Shown piece by piece: positions 1 to 11,971 of a DNA stretch of 64,000 nucleotides; within the stretch, counting starts at the first letter, position 1, and each line of letters starts with the position of its first letter. The notes below the pieces were generated by a model. The model was not told the origin of the DNA, did no database searches, and saw only the letters and a list, made by a program, of their open reading frames with translations. The stretch is from Macrostomum lignano (taxonomy: Eukaryota), in assembly GCA_002269645.1 (NCBI GenBank), contig NIVC01001157.1:248001-312000 (forward strand), read 5' to 3'. The position numbers and the translations under genes are program-made.

Positions 1-260
1 CTGGGCCACGTAGGTCGTACACGGCAGATGAATCTTCTCCTCTGTCGTGTTATACGTTCGTACAGGATGACGCGGAGGTCCCCGGTATAGTCCGGATCCA
101 CTACGCCACCCTGCACAGTCAGACCCCGATTGGCCCAACTTGAACAGCTCGCGATCCGGCCGTAGGTGCCCGGCGGCAGGATGACGCGAAGGCCTGTGCA
201 AATTATGGCTCTGTCCCAGGCCTCCACGACCCGGTCTTCACATGTGGCTAAGTCCAAGCC
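1..260 (-). pseudogene. dUTPase fragment (runs off the window edge)
   Basis: Manual minus-strand translation (not in the ORF track): GLDLATCEDRVVEAWDRAIICTGLRVILPPGTYGRIASCSSWANRGLTVQGGVVDPDYTGDLRVILY. This matches dUTPase motifs I (GxDL), II (GRIAxRS, here R->C) and III (GVVDxDYxG). A motif IV-like VAQ follows after a frameshift. Confidence 0.85.
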
Positions 261-755
261 TAAAAAAGCTAAGTCTACTACTAACCCCCTGCACTGCTAT
301 CATCCTAGAAAATTGAAAAAAATACGAAGAGAAAGAAGGAAAGAAAGATTGTTGCATATACATTCTATAGCGCACATATATTGTGAGCAGAAAAACATAA
401 ACAGACAAAAATAGAGAGAACAATTCAAGTCAATGACCAAATGGGAGGGACGAGTAGGGATCAACCCAGGCTCGCTTCGTGTCGAAAAAGCTAAGCGCTT
501 GCTTGTGCTGCTCAAGAAGATAAAGCCGCGACGTAATCGTCCGCACATTCCTCAAAAGCCCGATGATGACAGTCCGATAGCCACCGCCTCGCGGTCTTCG
601 GCTAAAAATATCCGGCATTCTGTACTTGGACACCACGAAGAATCTCGACTGGAGTCGTGGTTTGAAGCACTCGTGGAGACTTCCTTTCGACTTTGGGAGG
701 CTTAGCAACCTTGTCTGTTGACAGCCCAAGTTGATTCTTGAGCGTCGCTAGTACT

Positions 756-1010
756 TCAGTAGTACTTCATCAGAAATCCAACCCATTGTGGAGTAAACGC
801 AGTGTTCTTTTCAAGGCACAAAGTCCGAGGTTGACAGCGCTCGTTCCATGTGGAGATAAATAGTGCCTGCCTAAATTCCATATTGAAGTGCGTAGTTGTC
901 GATCGTTTTGATCTTTTCCCGAATGGCTTCCAGTTGCTTGGCAACATTCTGGATATCTTGCGCGCCTGTTGCGAAGACTTCAGTAGTCGGTTCCAGAAGA
1001 TTGCTGCGGT
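756..1010 (-). pseudogene. Degraded member of a recurrent all-helical ORF family (paralogue of 58032-58424)
   Basis: IKTIDNYALQYGI*AGTIYLHMERALS...NTAFTPQWVGFLMK aligns by eye with LKRLNNYGVKYGIQAGAIYNNMKRHLS...STRFSNAWINFLMK. Contains stops and a frameshift. Confidence 0.7.
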
Positions 1011-1055
1011 AATCGATAGACTACCGATAGACACTATCGATAGACATCCCACTTT

Positions 1056-1468
1056 TGAACGCTGCAAAGAGAGAAGACGCAGCCCATTACTACCCGATCA
1101 GTTGTTTAATAAACAAAAAGCCCAATATTTGCTTACCGTCTCTCACATAACGCTGAGCTAATTCTTTCATTCGGGCGGATTTATCCATAGTTTTTTTGAG
1201 TGCAATGCGATTGTTAAGACAAGACTAGAAAATCTTCCGTATTACTGTCGGTTGGATATTATATTAAAATAAATTACTCAGGGGACGAGTGACCGTGCGG
1301 TGGATTAAGGAGGGTCAGGGTTTGTTGAGGTGTAAGGGGGAAGGGGTGGATCGAGTTAGGAGCCGCTAAAATTGTGCTACGCGACGTAACCTCCCCCATT
1401 AAGAGAGCAGGAAGGGGGAGGGCTGGCTGGTGAGGGGTTTCGTGTTGGCAGCTGCCGAAATTTCGCCA
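1056..1468. repeat. Dispersed LTR-like repeat, copy 1
   Basis: Co-linear similarity to 6333-6718, both starting TGAACGCTGCAAAGAGAGAAGACGCAGCCCATTA and sharing AATAAACAAAAAGCCCAATA. No TSD found. Confidence 0.6.
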
Positions 1469-4400
1469 AAAGTAGTAATATAAAATTACGTCCATAACCA
1501 ATTTTTCCAATAGCAAAATACGTAATAAGGTACCCGTCAGAAATTTTATTACGCACATAACTTATTTTTCTATTCAAAATCAAATAGTAAGGTACCGAAG
1601 CAAATGGTAGGGTATTCTAAAGGAATTCTAACTACACTGACCGCACCTACAAAGAACAAAAGAAAGTAGCTCAATAAAACGCGGGAGTCAAATCGATGCA
1701 GTCAATTTTCAGGCCCCCCTCCCCCCAAGCGAACAAAACGCAGTTCAGAGTAGCGCACAGACAGTAAATAAAGTCATTTCTGCTTTACACTCGCTCCATA
1801 ACACACATTGTCTTCTCTACCTCCCAAATAGTGCATTCTGACTACACAATCTACCGCACCACCCACCAAAAACGGCGAAAGAACGAATCTCAATTCCTAT
1901 CAACGAACTTGTCCAAAAACGCATTCACGTTTTATTTCGCTGCATTAAAAGATTTAAAAATCCAGTCGATTGCCAACACTGATTAAGGATCTCGGCGGCG
2001 CACCCGCGGCGGAGTGCGCATGTACTCGCACCAAAAGCGATTAGCGGTCTCATCCACCCGGAACGATGCTACACTCCGAATTGACACGGAGCCGTCGGAC
2101 TCCAAGCAGCGGTGATAGCCAGCGCCGTCCAAGGAAGTGCAGCGACGGTCGGGCGGCACTCCCCAAGGCGCCGTCGCTACCCCTCCCCGTGGTTTCCACG
2201 CATATTAATTCCCTCCGCCTGGCACGCCGTCCGGATTTCATCGATCCGGGCGACCGTCATCAGCTGCCGCGGCGTATAAACGACCGCAACGGACACGGCC
2301 CTGGCCACGGTGTCTGCGTGGAAGCAGCTGCGGCATTGGAATTCCGTCCCGCTGTCCATCCAGGCGCACGCGCTGGATCTGTGCGCAAAGCGCAGGAACT
2401 GAGGGGCTCCGACACCACTCATCCCGTATGTAGCGCGCTAACGTGGTGAAAACTGCCCGGCGGGACGTGCAGGGCGCGGCTTCGCTCTGTGTTGGTTCCA
2501 TTGTAATTGTAGCCGTGGCTGAAAGTCAGGAAAAATGAATTCTGTTTCTACTCACTGACAATTAATTTTAATCCACTTCTAGACACTGGGGAACAAGTGC
2601 CTAGGTATAAACAAAATCGAATAACTCTTACTGCAGCGGATCCTCTTGAGGTTGGTATTCGGCGGAGTCTTGTTGCTTGTAGGGCTAGCTAGCTTGATGA
2701 GCGGTGGCGGCGGCCGGTTTCGGTGAACAGCTGTAGTCTCTTGGAGTCCTTAACTTTATCTGTGGGTTACGAAAACGAGAGCGAATTAAACTTTTGCAGT
2801 GTTGTTGGCGTGTCCACGTACTAAGAAGGTAAGTAGTTTTTGATCTAGTAAGCTTGGTGGCTGGAAGTCTCGAGAGAACATGAGGAAGAACGGTGTGTTC
2901 TCTGTTGAACGGTATACTGCGCTGTTTTAGGCCATTGTCACTGACTGTATATATATAATCCAATTTTCAGGTTACTTATAGACTGTCAAATGCTTAAAAT
3001 ACTTAAATAAAGCCTAGAACTTATCCAACACTATCGACTAGGGTAGCAAGGTCTGAAAATAAATGAAGCCTAGCTTTGCCTTTGGTTGTCTAGCTAAGTT
3101 AAGAAAGACTAAGCCTATTATAACTGTTAAAAAACAATTCGAGGTGACTGGTGATTTAACTATTGAAAAATGACTTATAGCTAGTGTTAGGCTCTACAAT
3201 AGCCAAATATAGGCAACGTTCTAACAAGAACTATCTAACAAGGGGCAATGGCTACAAGCTCAGGAATTTAACCCATGCAAATTTGCATTATTTACGCCTT
3301 AAGTTTTATAAACGATAAATTGTATTGAGCAATACACTTCTTCTAACATAAAAATAGACTTCTTTGGGCCTAAAAAACTACAGAAAAAAATTGAAACTTA
3401 TATTTAAATTTTTCTGTCCCTCGGCTTTTTTTTCGAAAAAACAGACTTTTACCAGCTAAATAGTATTAATATTTTTTTTTTATTTTTGAGCAAAGTCGTG
3501 TCTTATTTTCTACTATAAGCAGCCTCAGTAGTAAAATATCACTATTAATATTAATGAAAGTAAAATAAGTAAAATATTGATAAAATATCACTATCACTGT
3601 TGTCACGAAAACATTGTTACAATGAAGCTGCAACATAAAATGTCACGGCAATATCTGTGCAACACTGTCAACATTGGTACAACATAAACTCACACTAGGG
3701 GAGCTCGGTTGCTTCGGAAACGTTAGAGCCAAATCTCCTGAGTCGGCAAGGAAAGTGTTAGATAGCAGTTTTCCTTTAACAGTGTGATATTTTTGTATTT
3801 TCGCGAGTCTTGTGGTTTAGCTTGTGGTTGGGCTTCTTGATAAGGCAGCGGAAGTTCAGCAATCCTCAGCGCACGATTTTCTTGATAATCTTCGACTTGT
3901 CTACTGTAATTAGCCGACCTTTTTTTTCATATGTCTTGCTTTCGATAAGAGTCTTCAGGAAAGTAATCGTATTCTTGATTCTTTCCTCTTCAACAGCAAG
4001 AATCTCTTCTGAGACGTCAGCGAATAGCGTTTTTGATTTAAGTCTTCAAAGACGATCGGAAGTTGCAGTTAACTGCATCTGTGCTGCCCTCTTCCTAGTT
4101 ATTAACGTTGCGTGTCCTGCCATTTTCCAGTGTGTTTTCGAGAAGCGCAGAAAAACTAGATTGAATAAAACTCCAGAGTAAAAGACGTTCCCACTTTAAG
4201 TATGCTTGCTGAGAATAGAGTGGTATGAAAAAATGTGCGCATGAAAGAGAACTTACTATTTGTACTCAAAATCTCTTACCCCATTGTGACAGTTTTAAAA
4301 TGTTTGCTAATTTCGGACAACTGTCGTAAAACTGCCAGATATTTGTCGGCTTAAAACGCTCTTCGTTTACTATAGGTAGTCAATCAGACATCCTCTGCAT

Positions 4401-4489
4401 GCTAACATGATCCTCCGAGTCATAATTTAAGCAAAAAAGTCATGCAAGTTTCAAACAATTTTGAAAAATAGTTTGACTTGAAAATGAAA

Positions 4490-4650
4490 ACAACATGGCT
4501 AAAATTTTCTTAGAAAAAATGGAAAGCAACAATCCGAATGTTCGCGATACACTTCCAAAAAATACTATGATTCTATTATATCCTATTATGTCGATGGTGA
4601 AATCAAGGAATACAAACATATGAAGCCAGTAGTAATGAAAAATTACACAG
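4490..4650 (+). pseudogene. Deletion-derivative fragment related to the Prim-Pol locus at 45803-46920
   Basis: FLEKMESNNPNVRDTL and YYVDGEIKEYKHMKP match minus-strand FLEKMEANSPNVRNAL (~46900) and YYVNGKIKEYKHIKP (~46030). Confidence 0.6.
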
Positions 4651-6332
4651 AGAGCCGTTTTTACCATTACGAATCAATGGGTAAGGTACCCGTCAAAAAT
4701 TGAGTTACACACAGACCCCTTTTTCCATTAGAATCAATGGGTAAGATAATGCCCCATCCGCTCGTGCTTTCGACAGAAATTGCAACGATTCTATTCTCGT
4801 TTTCTGTCACAAAGAACGAAAGAAATAATCTTTTTTCTTTTACTAACCTGTCAAAAGAAACACGATCTATATCCGATGTATAGCGGGTAGCGACGTTAGA
4901 AGAATTGAGGCAAGTAAATAAGTGTAGCAAGTTCGACTTCCATCCTAGACAGTACGACTAATTAACAAAATCCTATTCTACCCCGTGCAGATTTGTGGAA
5001 CGGGCAATAGTCCGGGAGTTAGAAGAGAAGGCTGATTCTAAGACGCTGATTCGCGTGACCTCGTTCTCTGCCCGCAATTCACCTGATGGAAACTCGAGAG
5101 AGGCCGTACCTGCAGTGCAACGAGTTACAATTGGGCCAAATTTCACCTGCCTTGCCCTTCGCTTAGACGAAAGCAACAGCCGGCCAGAGGGACGAGAGGC
5201 CAGGATTGAAGAATTTAAAGAGTTGACTGGCCGATACCATGTCAAAATTCAAGTAAATTCACTGTACTGTCCTGCTAAACCGGGGACCAACTGAAGGCTC
5301 TCGTTCGCACTTCGCTCCATTGTGCTCACCGAGTGCAACCCGAATCGGCTGGAGACATTCGCAGTGCTTCGCAGACAAGTCCAACTAATTCCAACTACAC
5401 TGTACCGCACCCACAAAGAACGAGAAAGAAAGACCCCAACAACACCGATCAACCAAGTTGCTGAAAAACGACATAGCTATTTCTGCATTACAAGAATAGA
5501 GGAAACACGCACCCACAAAGAACAAAAGAAAAGATCTTAATAAATTGCAGAATTCAAAATTGTGCCAAAATCCCTCTGCAAGCAAAACCCAGCTCAGATC
5601 AGGACACAGGCAGTAAATAAGCCACCTGCTGCGCCCAGCCTTTTGTAACATGAGTCTTTCAAGACCCCAATTTTTTAATTTTCGAGAAAAGACCATTGAG
5701 ACTTACGAAACTAAATATACTTGAATACAACTTGACTAAAATATAATACGCCAAAAGAAATATGCAGTTTTTAACTCTCAGTCACTGATCGACAAACCGA
5801 TCACATCCGAAAAACCGGGTAATTGTAAGTGTTGCTGTGACAAGATTCTTCTGAGTTCGCTACTGACGGCCATGCACAATAATAAACTGAACCATCGTAG
5901 TAAGAAACAGTCTTTCGGTCGAATCAAGTTGACATGTCTATATATTTTAACAGATCGGATACACCTTTAGTTTCATGACGTTAATTTCTTGATGCATGGT
6001 AAACCACCACAAATGAACGCAAAATTGCGATTTGACAGTCTTAAATAACTTTAAAATTCCCTAAAGAATATTGGATAAATAATTACAATACTAATATTAC
6101 CAAATTATACACGAGAAACTACATATCACTATCGTTCCATTGCACAGTCAGGCGTCCGCAGTCAAATCACAGTAGTCAACAGTAGTGAGTCTTCCCGACT
6201 CCTTCTCACGGAAAAAGAATCGAAAGCAGCCAGCACCTAGGGCTTGTACAGCCAGGGTGTATTCACCTTCACAAGCCGTCACATGCTCGGGGTACATATA
6301 TCCCGGAGGCGGCCGCACAAAGACCCCGTTCT

Positions 6333-6718
6333 TGAACGCTGCAAAGAGAGAAGACGCAGCCCATTATTAACTGATCAGCCTCTTAATAAACAAAAAGCCC
6401 AATAATTGCTTGCCGTCTCTCACATATCGCTCAGCTAGTTCCTTCTTTCGGGCGGATTTGTCCATATTCGTAGTGAGTGAGAGTGTTAAGACAAGACTAG
6501 AAAATTTTCCGGACTGCTATTGGTAGGATCTTATATTCAGCAAAATTACTCATAGGGACGACTGAGATCTCATGTGGTGGATTAGAAAGGGTCAGAGTTG
6601 GTTGAGAGGAAGGGGTGGATCAAGTTTGGAGCCGCCAACGTAAAGGGAGCGAGAAGGGGGGTTCGTTCTACCCAGTCAGCAGGGGTTTCGCGTTGGCGGC
6701 AGCTGAAATATCGCAACA
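6333..6718. repeat. Dispersed LTR-like repeat, copy 2 (TG...CA ends)
   Basis: Similar to 1056-1468. Begins TG and ends CA; flanks do not form a TSD. Confidence 0.55.
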
Positions 6719-7113
6719 CAGCACAACTATTGCCCCCCCCCAGCGTCACTTCAACGAGTTGGGGGGGGGGGGGGTGACTCATTTTGAGTGCCTGGAATTT
6801 CAACTTATTGTGCCGCTAGCTACGGCACCTACCATGCAGATCTCATGGGATTATTTCCACTTCAATGAGTCATCGCAAGCCTCGGGGAGTGGAGGATGCG
6901 TTTTGCCACGTAAACTAGACTATGTCGACTTATCCACGTTGCATTATTAGAACAATGGAGCAGCTGAGCTCACACGGGGTGGAGCGACCCGAAGCTAACA
7001 TAGCAACTATAGGGATTATTCAAGCCCAACCCCCAGAAACTGCCACGTGGCACAAAAAGCCAGATGGCGCCCCTCCCCACCAAATCCTGCTCTAAAAAAG
7101 AAAGTAGAAAAAT

Positions 7114-9509
7114 TCAAACTGCCAACGAGCCAAGGACAACAGGAAGCAAGAAATGTTGAAAAGTGTACAAGTGTACAAACTTACCACATCCCGATAGCGC
7201 AGCTCCACAGTCTCGGTGGCCTCGGCGTGCGGAACAAAAGCCTCGGTGCGGCCGCCAAACAGGGCTTCCTCCAGACGAATGGACTTGCGCTCCCTCGTCC
7301 TGATAGTCATGCTCCCACATGACACGTACATTGTAGGCAGTGGAGAGCAGGCGAGTGAAGCGCTCAGTCTCCTCATAAATTGCCCGCATTGGCTGGTTCT
7401 TGAGCGGGTGCAGCACATCGCCGTTGGGGAAGCACTTGGGACAGCCATGGTAGAAGCAGCCGTGAAATTGGAGCACCGTCCTGGTCTCCGGGTCGAAACC
7501 GTCCACCTTACGGCCCATGGCGAAAGCCTCGCCGCCAGAGTCGGCTGTCCGCAACCGGCCGCCAAACTCGGTTGCATTCAAGTGTGCCAGCCAGCACCGC
7601 GCCTTGTGCGACTGTACATCCGACCGGCGGGAAATCACCCCAAGAGTGTTGGGCTCCATAAACTTGGTGGTGAATACTGTCATTACCAGGCCCGCAATGG
7701 TGTTGGATTGTACAAATGCGTCCAGTCCGCAAATGTCCTTAATCAGGCGGCCGTACTTAAGACAGCCTTGCCGCAATATTAGCGTGTCCTGCAGGCAGTA
7801 GTCAAGTATTCCTTGTTAAAATTAAACACTTGGCCCTCCTGCTTTGCCAGCCAGTCAGCGATGGAGTCGTGCTGCTTATTCTTTTTCCCGCCATACATTT
7901 CAATCGAGCAGTAAGGCCCCACGTAGCCCCAGTTTTGCGGCTGATTAAACACGTGCGGGAAATCTCCTTTGGTCAGTTGTATGCCCAAACCAAGCGCCTT
8001 TGGGAATTGCGCCAAACCAATAGGGATAAAGTTGAGGCTGTCCTTGAACGTGATCTTGTCACTCTTCATGTACATCAGGCGGCTGTTTTGAAAAATGACT
8101 TGCGGCTTCTTCTTGGCCAGTCCATTGAGTACGGCGCCGAGCAGGAGGAATGCGTCGTACGCAGAGCCATTGTGTGCAATAGCAATAGCACCCTGCTTGA
8201 AGACACTAGTCAGCCAGCAGTAAAAGGCATCGATAGAGTGCGGCCCAACTGAAACAAACTCTCGCATCCCACAGGTACAGTCATTGTGGGAGACAGCTCG
8301 TAAAATCCAGCGCCAGATTGCGTCCCGCAATGCAATTGGCTGAGCTGTGCAACCCCCGACACGCGCTGCAGCGGAACCTGGGAAAGAGTTTGGGACACGC
8401 CTCGCAGGAGGTGGCAGCCGTAACCAAGTGTACCCGGTGCTGCTTGTCAGAGTCAACGTACGTCTCGAAATCGTAGTAAACGTACGGGGCGCTAGACTCT
8501 TTGGCTTTGGGCGGGGTGACAAAGCACTCGTAGGTGGCTGTTTCGTCGTACTGCTTGCAGACTGGATACTTGGAGTGACCGCACTGATGCTCGGGGGCCT
8601 GGCCCACTTTCAGTTCTTCTAGATAGCCACACGTGCCGCAAACGTGGACTGAATCACAGCGAGATCTACCCGCCCTATTCTTGCGCTTGTGATTCTCTTG
8701 ACACTGAGCATTATAGCAATTTAGCCCAATTTAATCATGGCATCTCACATGCGCGGTTATGCTTGCAGTTGGCACCCGGGGTCTTGCAGGTGCTGCAGGC
8801 GTCTGCGCACTTGTGCTTGGCGTTGCCGCAATCGTAGGCCATCTCGCACTTGGAGCAGTAGTGGTGGCTGCCGAAAAACGCTGGCAGCTTGGTGATCACA
8901 TTGAAGTGCTGCTCTACGAGGTGGAGGTGCAGAATCTCGGTGCCAGGCAGGTTGAAGATGCACCTGTTGGCCTCCTCAGCCCGGTACACACGTACACCAA
9001 AATCATGGCCTGGATGCAGCCGGTTCAGGGCACGGATCGCCTCGGGCAGTACATCCACCCGAAGGCCTGCGAGACGGTTTGAAGAGTGTGTGGGGGGTAA
9101 AATATTTATTTTAGTATTCCCTGATACTATGTAGGATTCTTATCGGGAAAATAGTAGAAAATGGTTCTTTTAGTATTCCATGATACTATGTCAAGTGGTT
9201 CCTTTAGTAATCCATGAAAATACTATAAACTACACTATTTTAGTTGAAATTCTTTTCGGGAACATACTAGAAACTTACCGTGTAGAGGCCAGCCTCGATT
9301 TGCAGCTTAGTCGCCAGATTAATGTGCTTAAAAACAACATTCGGCCGTCATGCGGGATGCACGCACCGGGGAGTGTGGGCCGCTTTGAGCATTTTGTCGC
9401 TCTCAAATTTCGCCGCCATGAAATCCTCGCCGGCCAAGTCTTGCTTGAAAACTTTTAGCGTGTGGGCAAACACCTCCCACAAATCTTCAGTGTTACTAAT
9501 GTGCACCAC
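7114..9509 (-). pseudogene. Protein-primed DNA polymerase B (pPolB) of an outer GC-rich Polinton; frameshifted and truncated in the palm
   Basis: Cys/His-rich N-terminal region, ExoI YYDFET, ExoII IAHNGSAYD, FKDSLNFIP, inserted PD-(D/E)xK/VSR-like nuclease KVDGF...QFHGCFYHGCPKCF, then LFGGRTE and YRDVVSLY (motif A). Ends near 7150. Confidence 0.93.
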
Positions 9510-9864
9510 AGTAGTAAGTAAAAGTACGCTTCCAGACCCAGAGGCACCTATTAAACAGCACATTTGAAGGGCTAGAGGGGGGACACGGGGGGAATCAAAA
9601 AAACACATGTAAACACTAAACAGCACAATTAAACACAATTAAACACCCCCAATACCCCCAATAACCCCATTTAATCAAAAACACTATTAACACACCCAAT
9701 CAAATCCACACATCAGAAATCAAACCCCCATGTCCCCCCTCTAGCCCTTCAAATCCATTGTTTCAATAGGATCTGATCTAGAAGCGTACTTTTACATACT
9801 ACTACATCCAAACACACACAAACACTCTCTAACCCGTCGCCAGCGCCGCAGGCGCAAAGGGTCT
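9510..9864 (+). repeat. Left TIR (~355 bp) of the inner Polinton
   Basis: Reverse complement of 20650-21005 with only a few mismatches or indels. Confidence 0.95.
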
Positions 9865-9879
9865 TTTTCTGTTACGAAA

Positions 9880-10194
9880 ATGAACCGAGTTTACACCTTT
9901 TCAGTTAGTGATACTTTTAAGACTGTTGCTAAAAATTCAGAGATTATAAAACAGCATATTTTGAATGGAATAATTGATGAAGTATATTTAAAATATGATG
10001 ACAAAAAAGATCTAAAACTTTATCCGTTAGATTTGGATGGTTTGTATGATCTAGAACGAGCGGGTGAGTTAATATTTCAACTTGGAGATTATTTAAATTC
10101 AGACGATTGGGAGGTTCGTTCAACTGATTCCGAGTCAACAAATAGTTCATATGAAACTAGTGACTCGGAGAATGAAATTGAAATTTTTATGTAA
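9880..10194 (+). CDS. Hypothetical acidic protein just inside the left TIR
   Basis: 104-aa ORF with AAAATG start context and a Ser/Glu/Asp-rich tail. No motif recognised. Confidence 0.45.
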   Translation: MNRVYTFSVSDTFKTVAKNSEIIKQHILNGIIDEVYLKYDDKKDLKLYPLDLDGLYDLERAGELIFQLGDYLNSDDWEVRSTDSESTNSSYETSDSENEIEIFM

Positions 10195-10409
10195 AAATGA
10201 ATTATTACTCAGTAACAGAAACTACATTTATTGTGAAAAATATATTTAAAAAAATGAAGGTAAATCGTATCAATGATACGCATGCTTTTCATGATTATTC
10301 CTATATCGGAAACGTGCCGGCCAATAATTATATTAGTAATAATATTGTTTTTCTTTGTTATAAAAAATTTACTACCCTGTTGCCTTAAGTAATTGTACGA
10401 ACTTAGTTC

Positions 10410-11300
10410 GCAGATATTATCTGGTTCTCATAAAAGGAACCCAATATTTCTTCACCATCTTTATCAGCAATGATATAGGTTGTAGGATTTGTATTTAAAA
10501 CTTTACTGATGGTAAATTTCTCACTTATCTTCCAATATCCTTTTCTTCCCTTTTCAAACTTATCTTTCCATTTATAAATATAAACAGAATTACCAACTTT
10601 AAAACCTTTAGTTTTCTTTTTTTCAAACTCTCCAAAAGTGACTTTAACATTTTCAGGAGTGTTATAGCTTGTTGAGGAGTCATTTTTATAGCTGAATGAT
10701 ATGAATTATTATAATCTTTCACAACGTCTGGTAATATTTTTACCCACTTTTGGTTACCATTAATACTAAACTGAAACCACAATTTCTTACCTAAAGTTCG
10801 ATTAACTCTTTCAATCAGTGCGTTTTTGCTTTCTCCATAAATAGAATAAATTTTATTAATATACTCACCATTCGCGTCTTTTTTCCTTTCTTTTCCTTTT
10901 TCAAAATGATACAATTTATACATATGATGATTGTAAAATTCTTTTCCTTCATCAACACACAACCTATCACTTTTTTCTCTAAGATTTTTAAAAGCAGCGG
11001 CAATCTCCTCTCCTTTTTTGGATTTCAAAGGAACAGCCCACGCATTTCGAGTAAGATATATCCAGATATAACTATCCAGTATGGTTAAGATATATTTATA
11101 TCCTCTTTCGTTCGGCATTGACATTAAATCAGCATATCAAATTTCATTCTTTTTGAAGTTAATGATTTTTCTATAAAATTTAGGCTTTCGGTATTCTTTG
11201 TGAAGAACCTTTGCCTCATCAGAACTTAACCCACCACCACTTAATAACAAACACTCTACACAATTATTTTCATGTTGATTGTAATTAATTCCCAAACCAA
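10410..11300 (-). pseudogene. Polinton rve (DDE) integrase
   Basis: EAKVLHKEYRKP...EI*YADL, GYKYILTILD, AWAVPLKSKKG, CVDEGKEF, ALIERVNRTL, YNNSYHSAIKMTP. Frameshifted C-terminal VGDLVRI...KFEKG...TYIIADKDGEEILGSFY. Confidence 0.92.
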
Positions 11301-11915
11301 ATTTCACTTTAGATTGCAAGATCTTTTTAACCATCCACCGAGTTAATCTCTGGCTTACCGATAATCCCTGTAAATTATCTAATCCTTCAATCATTTTTCT
11401 ATCGGCTTCATGCTTTAATCTTATGCTTCCTCAGGAGAATTCTTGTCAGCATCTCTGTATGCTAAGTCATGATAATATGCTAACCAATCAATACCATTGA
11501 TGGGAATTGAATCAGCTTTTGGAGTATCATCAGGATTTAATCTCAAATCCAGCCTAGTCCCGGGTAGTTTGCCCTCAATCTTTCGAAAGAGGCTGGAGCA
11601 CACCTTAAGCGGTTAAATTACCACCCACCTCCGTCTGCTCTCTGAACCTTCTCCTTATACTTTTATACTTAGGAGCTTGACTGCGCATTGTCACCATGTC
11701 TTCAAGCTTGTTACCTTTGGGAAGAGGAGTTACCTCTGTTCCTTCAAAAGATTTCTCAATTGAAGTGGTACTTGAAGCTGTATGACGGGTTTCACGCAAT
11801 TTGAAGGTGTCGCCACAAATAGTGACTAGCAGTAGCTTTGCTTCTACCACTCAGGCCACGGGTTAACCTGTGAAGTTCATTGATGGTAGGTGTAGTTCCC
11901 CAGTATATTTTCCAG
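11280..11915 (-). pseudogene. Parvovirus-VP1u-like phospholipase A2 domain protein, split by a 301-bp insert and apparently in frame with the integrase
   Basis: ELHLPSMNFTG | PGTRLDLRLNPDDTP...PINGIDWLAYYHDLAY...EADRKMIEGLDNL...KVKFGLG. Contains the catalytic HDxxY motif. Confidence 0.8.
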
Positions 11916-11971
11916 TAGTAAAGATTGGTGGTAAGCCTGTTAGTCCTTTTTGAACATCTAAAAATCCACCT

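Noticed and set aside
2050-2501. GC-rich patch with ORFs on both strands
   Set aside because: No recognisable domain in any frame.
2790-2930. YRSTENTPFFLMFSRD as a retroelement integrase tail
   Set aside because: Only one short motif with no DDE core nearby; too weak to annotate.
3780-4140. Minus-strand MAGHATLITRKRAAQ... as a BEL/Pao gag start
   Set aside because: Interrupted by stops, and no diagnostic motif.
7250-7620. Nuclease domain inserted in pPolB as a novelty
   Set aside because: A VSR/PD-(D/E)xK-like insertion between the exonuclease and palm is already known for one Polinton pPolB group.
7216-8622. Plus-strand ORFs opposite pPolB, and likewise opposite the mariner, Gypsy and PC4-like genes
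   Set aside because: Antisense shadows of GC-rich coding sequence.
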